NCBI GenBank assembly: GCA_963740315.1
Contig: CAVUDP010000002.1
Coordinates: 2,528,001-2,592,000, forward strand
Direction: 5' to 3'
DNA from: an uncultured cyanobacterium
GTDB taxonomy: Bacteria > Cyanobacteriota > Cyanobacteriia > Cyanobacteriales > Nostocaceae
DNA length: 64,000 nucleotides
A program made the position numbers and the translations under genes. The notes beneath the pieces were generated by a model. It had not been told where the DNA came from and ran no database searches. It was given only the letters and a program-made list of their open reading frames with translations. This document shows positions 61,598 to 64,000 of the stretch, piece after piece; the first letter of the stretch is position 1; each line of letters starts with the position of its first letter.

Positions 61598-63682
61598 CTA
61601 AAAGGTAGATATTTGCCAAATTTTTATAGTTCTATCAGAGGCGCAACTAACTAAAATATTTCCATCTTTGTTGAAAGCCAGAGATTCGACTTTAGCAGAA
61701 TGTCCCCTCAAGGTAGTTAAAAGTTCCCCGGTATGTAAATTCCATAATTTAATTGTTGTATCGCTACTACCGGAAGCAAGAATATTTTTTTGCGGACTTG
61801 CAGCAATAGATGTTACCAGTTGAGAATGTCCTTGCCAAGTACGAATTTTTTCTCCTGTAGTTGGATTCCACAACCCTATAGCGTTATTGTAACTACCAAT
61901 AACCGATTCTGTACTTGTTCCTTTGGCTTTTTTTATAAAGGCAACAGAATTAACTGGACTCGAATTATTTGATAGAGTGCGTACAAGTTTTTGATTCACC
62001 GTATCCCAAATTTCGATGGTACCGTCAAAGCTACCACTCGCAAGCATCTTACCTTCGGTATCAAAGGCAAGCGAACTAATTTTGTGACTATCAAAGTTAA
62101 CTATTTCTTCACCTGTAGCCAGATTCCATAGTTTAATGCTGTTGTCATTGCCTCCCGAAGCAAGTATCTTACCATCAGGACTAAAAGCTAAAGCATGAAT
62201 TCCCGAAGTATGCCCTAATAGCGTGCGAATTCCTTGCCCTGTAGCTAGATTCCATATTTTGATAGTTCTATCGTCGCTACCGCTAGCAAACTTTGTTCCA
62301 TCCGGATCGATCGCAACGACATTAACTTTTGAATTATGGTCGTTAAAAACAGATATTTCTTGCTTTGTAACCAAACTCCACATTTTTACGCCAAAAATAC
62401 TGTTTGTGATTATCGTTTTGCTATCTGGAGCGATCGCAAGGGATGAAGCTGAATCGTAATTTAAGTAGAGGGTTTGGGAAACAGCTAATTTTGATTGATT
62501 CTTTAAGGGTTGATTTGAATTCTCGGTTTTAGCAGCTGGCTGAATGCTTGGTTGAGTAATTCTATTCGGGTTGCTAATTTGTGCTTCGCGAGTTTTCCAA
62601 TACCAAAGTTCTCCAGCAAAAAACACGGTTATTGCTGCACCCGCGAACAATAAATTTTTTAACTTACTATATCTATGTATTGAAAATATTTCGGTTGCTG
62701 GTACAACTTGTTCGGAACTCTCTATTAAAGGTGGTGAAAAGAAAGGATATTTTGGCGCTGCTTGCAAATCTGCAATTACTTCCGCAGCTGATTGGTAGCG
62801 CAGTTCAATCTCTTTTTTTAACAATTTATCAAGAATATTGGCAAATTCATCGCTAATTGGATAATTCAAATATTTTTCCCAACTACTTAACCAGCCATAA
62901 CCATGTTCCATCCATAATTTAAAAGGCGAAATACCAGTAATTAAATGAAAGCAGGTAGCCCCGACGCTATATAAATCGCTCGCAGGAGAAGCTTGCCCAT
63001 CTCTAATTTGTTCTATTGGTGAATAGCCGTGAGAACCTATAGAAGTTCCTGTTTTCAATTTGAGTTGTGGCTTCAATTGTTTAGAAGAGCCAAAATCTAT
63101 TAATACTAAATCGGACATCAACTCTTGAGGTGAATTGCGACGGATAATATTTTGCGGTTTAATATCTCGGTGAACTACTCCACGCTCGTGAATAAACTGG
63201 AGAACGGGTAGTAAATTTAACAGTAATTCCCTGATTTCTTTTTCGCTATAACAACGCAGCCAAATATCTCCTTCGCGTCGCATTTCTAACTCTTCGAGCA
63301 AATTTTGTCCGTCAATAAATTGCTGTACCAAATACAAGTAATTGTCTTGTTCAAAATAAGCTAAAAGTTTGGGTATCTGAGGATGCTCTCCCAACTCTTG
63401 TAGTCTTTGCGCTTCTTTCTCAAACAATTCTATTGCTTTCTTTAGCGCCCAGTTTCCTTCATTTCTAGGAGCTAATTGCTTGATTGCACATGGTTCGTTG
63501 AGTTTATCAGAATCTTGAGCTAAATAAGTTTTACCAAATCCACCTTCGTATGAAAGCACCCGGATAACTCGAAACCGATTTCGTAATAATAGGAGTATTG
63601 GGCACCTACAGTTAACACAAATCTTGTTTAAATCGTCATTGAGGGGATTTGGGCAATCCGGATTTAGGCAGTAGATAGTCAT
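61598..63682 (-). CDS. Ser/Thr protein kinase with an N-terminal 4-Cys motif, a TM segment and C-terminal WD40 repeats
   Basis: YCLNPDC..CVNC, GGFGKTY, AIK, HRDIKPQN, DFG, YSPIEQ, seven WD40 repeats. Confidence 0.95.
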   Translation of the reverse strand: MTIYCLNPDCPNPLNDDLNKICVNCRCPILLLLRNRFRVIRVLSYEGGFGKTYLAQDSDKLNEPCAIKQLAPRNEGNWALKKAIELFEKEAQRLQELGEHPQIPKLLAYFEQDNYLYLVQQFIDGQNLLEELEMRREGDIWLRCYSEKEIRELLLNLLPVLQFIHERGVVHRDIKPQNIIRRNSPQELMSDLVLIDFGSSKQLKPQLKLKTGTSIGSHGYSPIEQIRDGQASPASDLYSVGATCFHLITGISPFKLWMEHGYGWLSSWEKYLNYPISDEFANILDKLLKKEIELRYQSAAEVIADLQAAPKYPFFSPPLIESSEQVVPATEIFSIHRYSKLKNLLFAGAAITVFFAGELWYWKTREAQISNPNRITQPSIQPAAKTENSNQPLKNQSKLAVSQTLYLNYDSASSLAIAPDSKTIITNSIFGVKMWSLVTKQEISVFNDHNSKVNVVAIDPDGTKFASGSDDRTIKIWNLATGQGIRTLLGHTSGIHALAFSPDGKILASGGNDNSIKLWNLATGEEIVNFDSHKISSLAFDTEGKMLASGSFDGTIEIWDTVNQKLVRTLSNNSSPVNSVAFIKKAKGTSTESVIGSYNNAIGLWNPTTGEKIRTWQGHSQLVTSIAASPQKNILASGSSDTTIKLWNLHTGELLTTLRGHSAKVESLAFNKDGNILVSCASDRTIKIWQISTF

Positions 63683-64000
63683 TTTGTTAGGCGGCTGCGT
63701 GATAAACTATGCTAACAAAAGCCCCTAATTTTTCTTCAGTAAGGAAAAATTATTTTATCATTATACAGAATCTGCATTAAAAAATGTCTAAATAAGCGAA
63801 ATTAAACTATATTTCTAACTATCTAGAGCTTTCACGGAGATTTCTGTATTAATAAAAACTTTTTCCTCAATTAATTTTTTCGATCGAATATCAATAATTT
63901 ACTTAAATTATTTAGAGATATTTGCTACATTGAATTTGATTTATGCTCGCGACGGATAAGCCTGATAATTTTGTCGTGACTTTCTTGCTTTTAATTTAGC

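Noticed and set aside
1..64000. tRNA, rRNA, autonomous IS/transposase, integrase or prophage genes
   Set aside because: None recognisable by eye or in the ORF track; covariance-model scans were not run

Overview
AT-rich chromosomal window from a filamentous cyanobacterium, probably Nostocales. The taxon is inferred from abundant HIP1 GCGATCGC octamers, heptamer STRR arrays, GTAG-type REP elements, Uma2 genes, a cyAbrB gene and an AphC-like phytochrome kinase. Most of the window is housekeeping and accessory genes: pilD end, accD, sdhB, pyrH-frr, rpe, uvrB, msrB, transporters, serpin, S8 protease, AtzG/AtzE, and WD40/kinase genes. Two things stand out. (1) A minus-strand cassette at 43659-47839 encodes a NACHT-HEAT (NLR-like) protein with no N-terminal effector domain. 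It ends in a 19-aa N/Q/G-rich motif (YDMRGANIGNVAHNVQGNQ) that recurs, 13/19 identical, at the N-terminus of a small downstream protein (FDLSRANIGNVADTVQGNQ). A ParD/ParE pair lies between them, and a paralogue follows in which the motif is replaced by six charged 16-aa repeats. This is a candidate amyloid-type signalling/defence system with termini inverted relative to known NLR-amyloid pairs. (2) Tiny repeat elements invade genes heavily. Glutaminase is split twice at HIP1 sites, a threonine dehydratase-family gene carries a 55-nt insertion with an ACC duplication, an ABC binding protein is frameshifted at a HIP1 site, a REP is translated in frame inside AtzE, and several genes take their stop codon from repeats. 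All family calls come from motif recognition only; no database searches were run.
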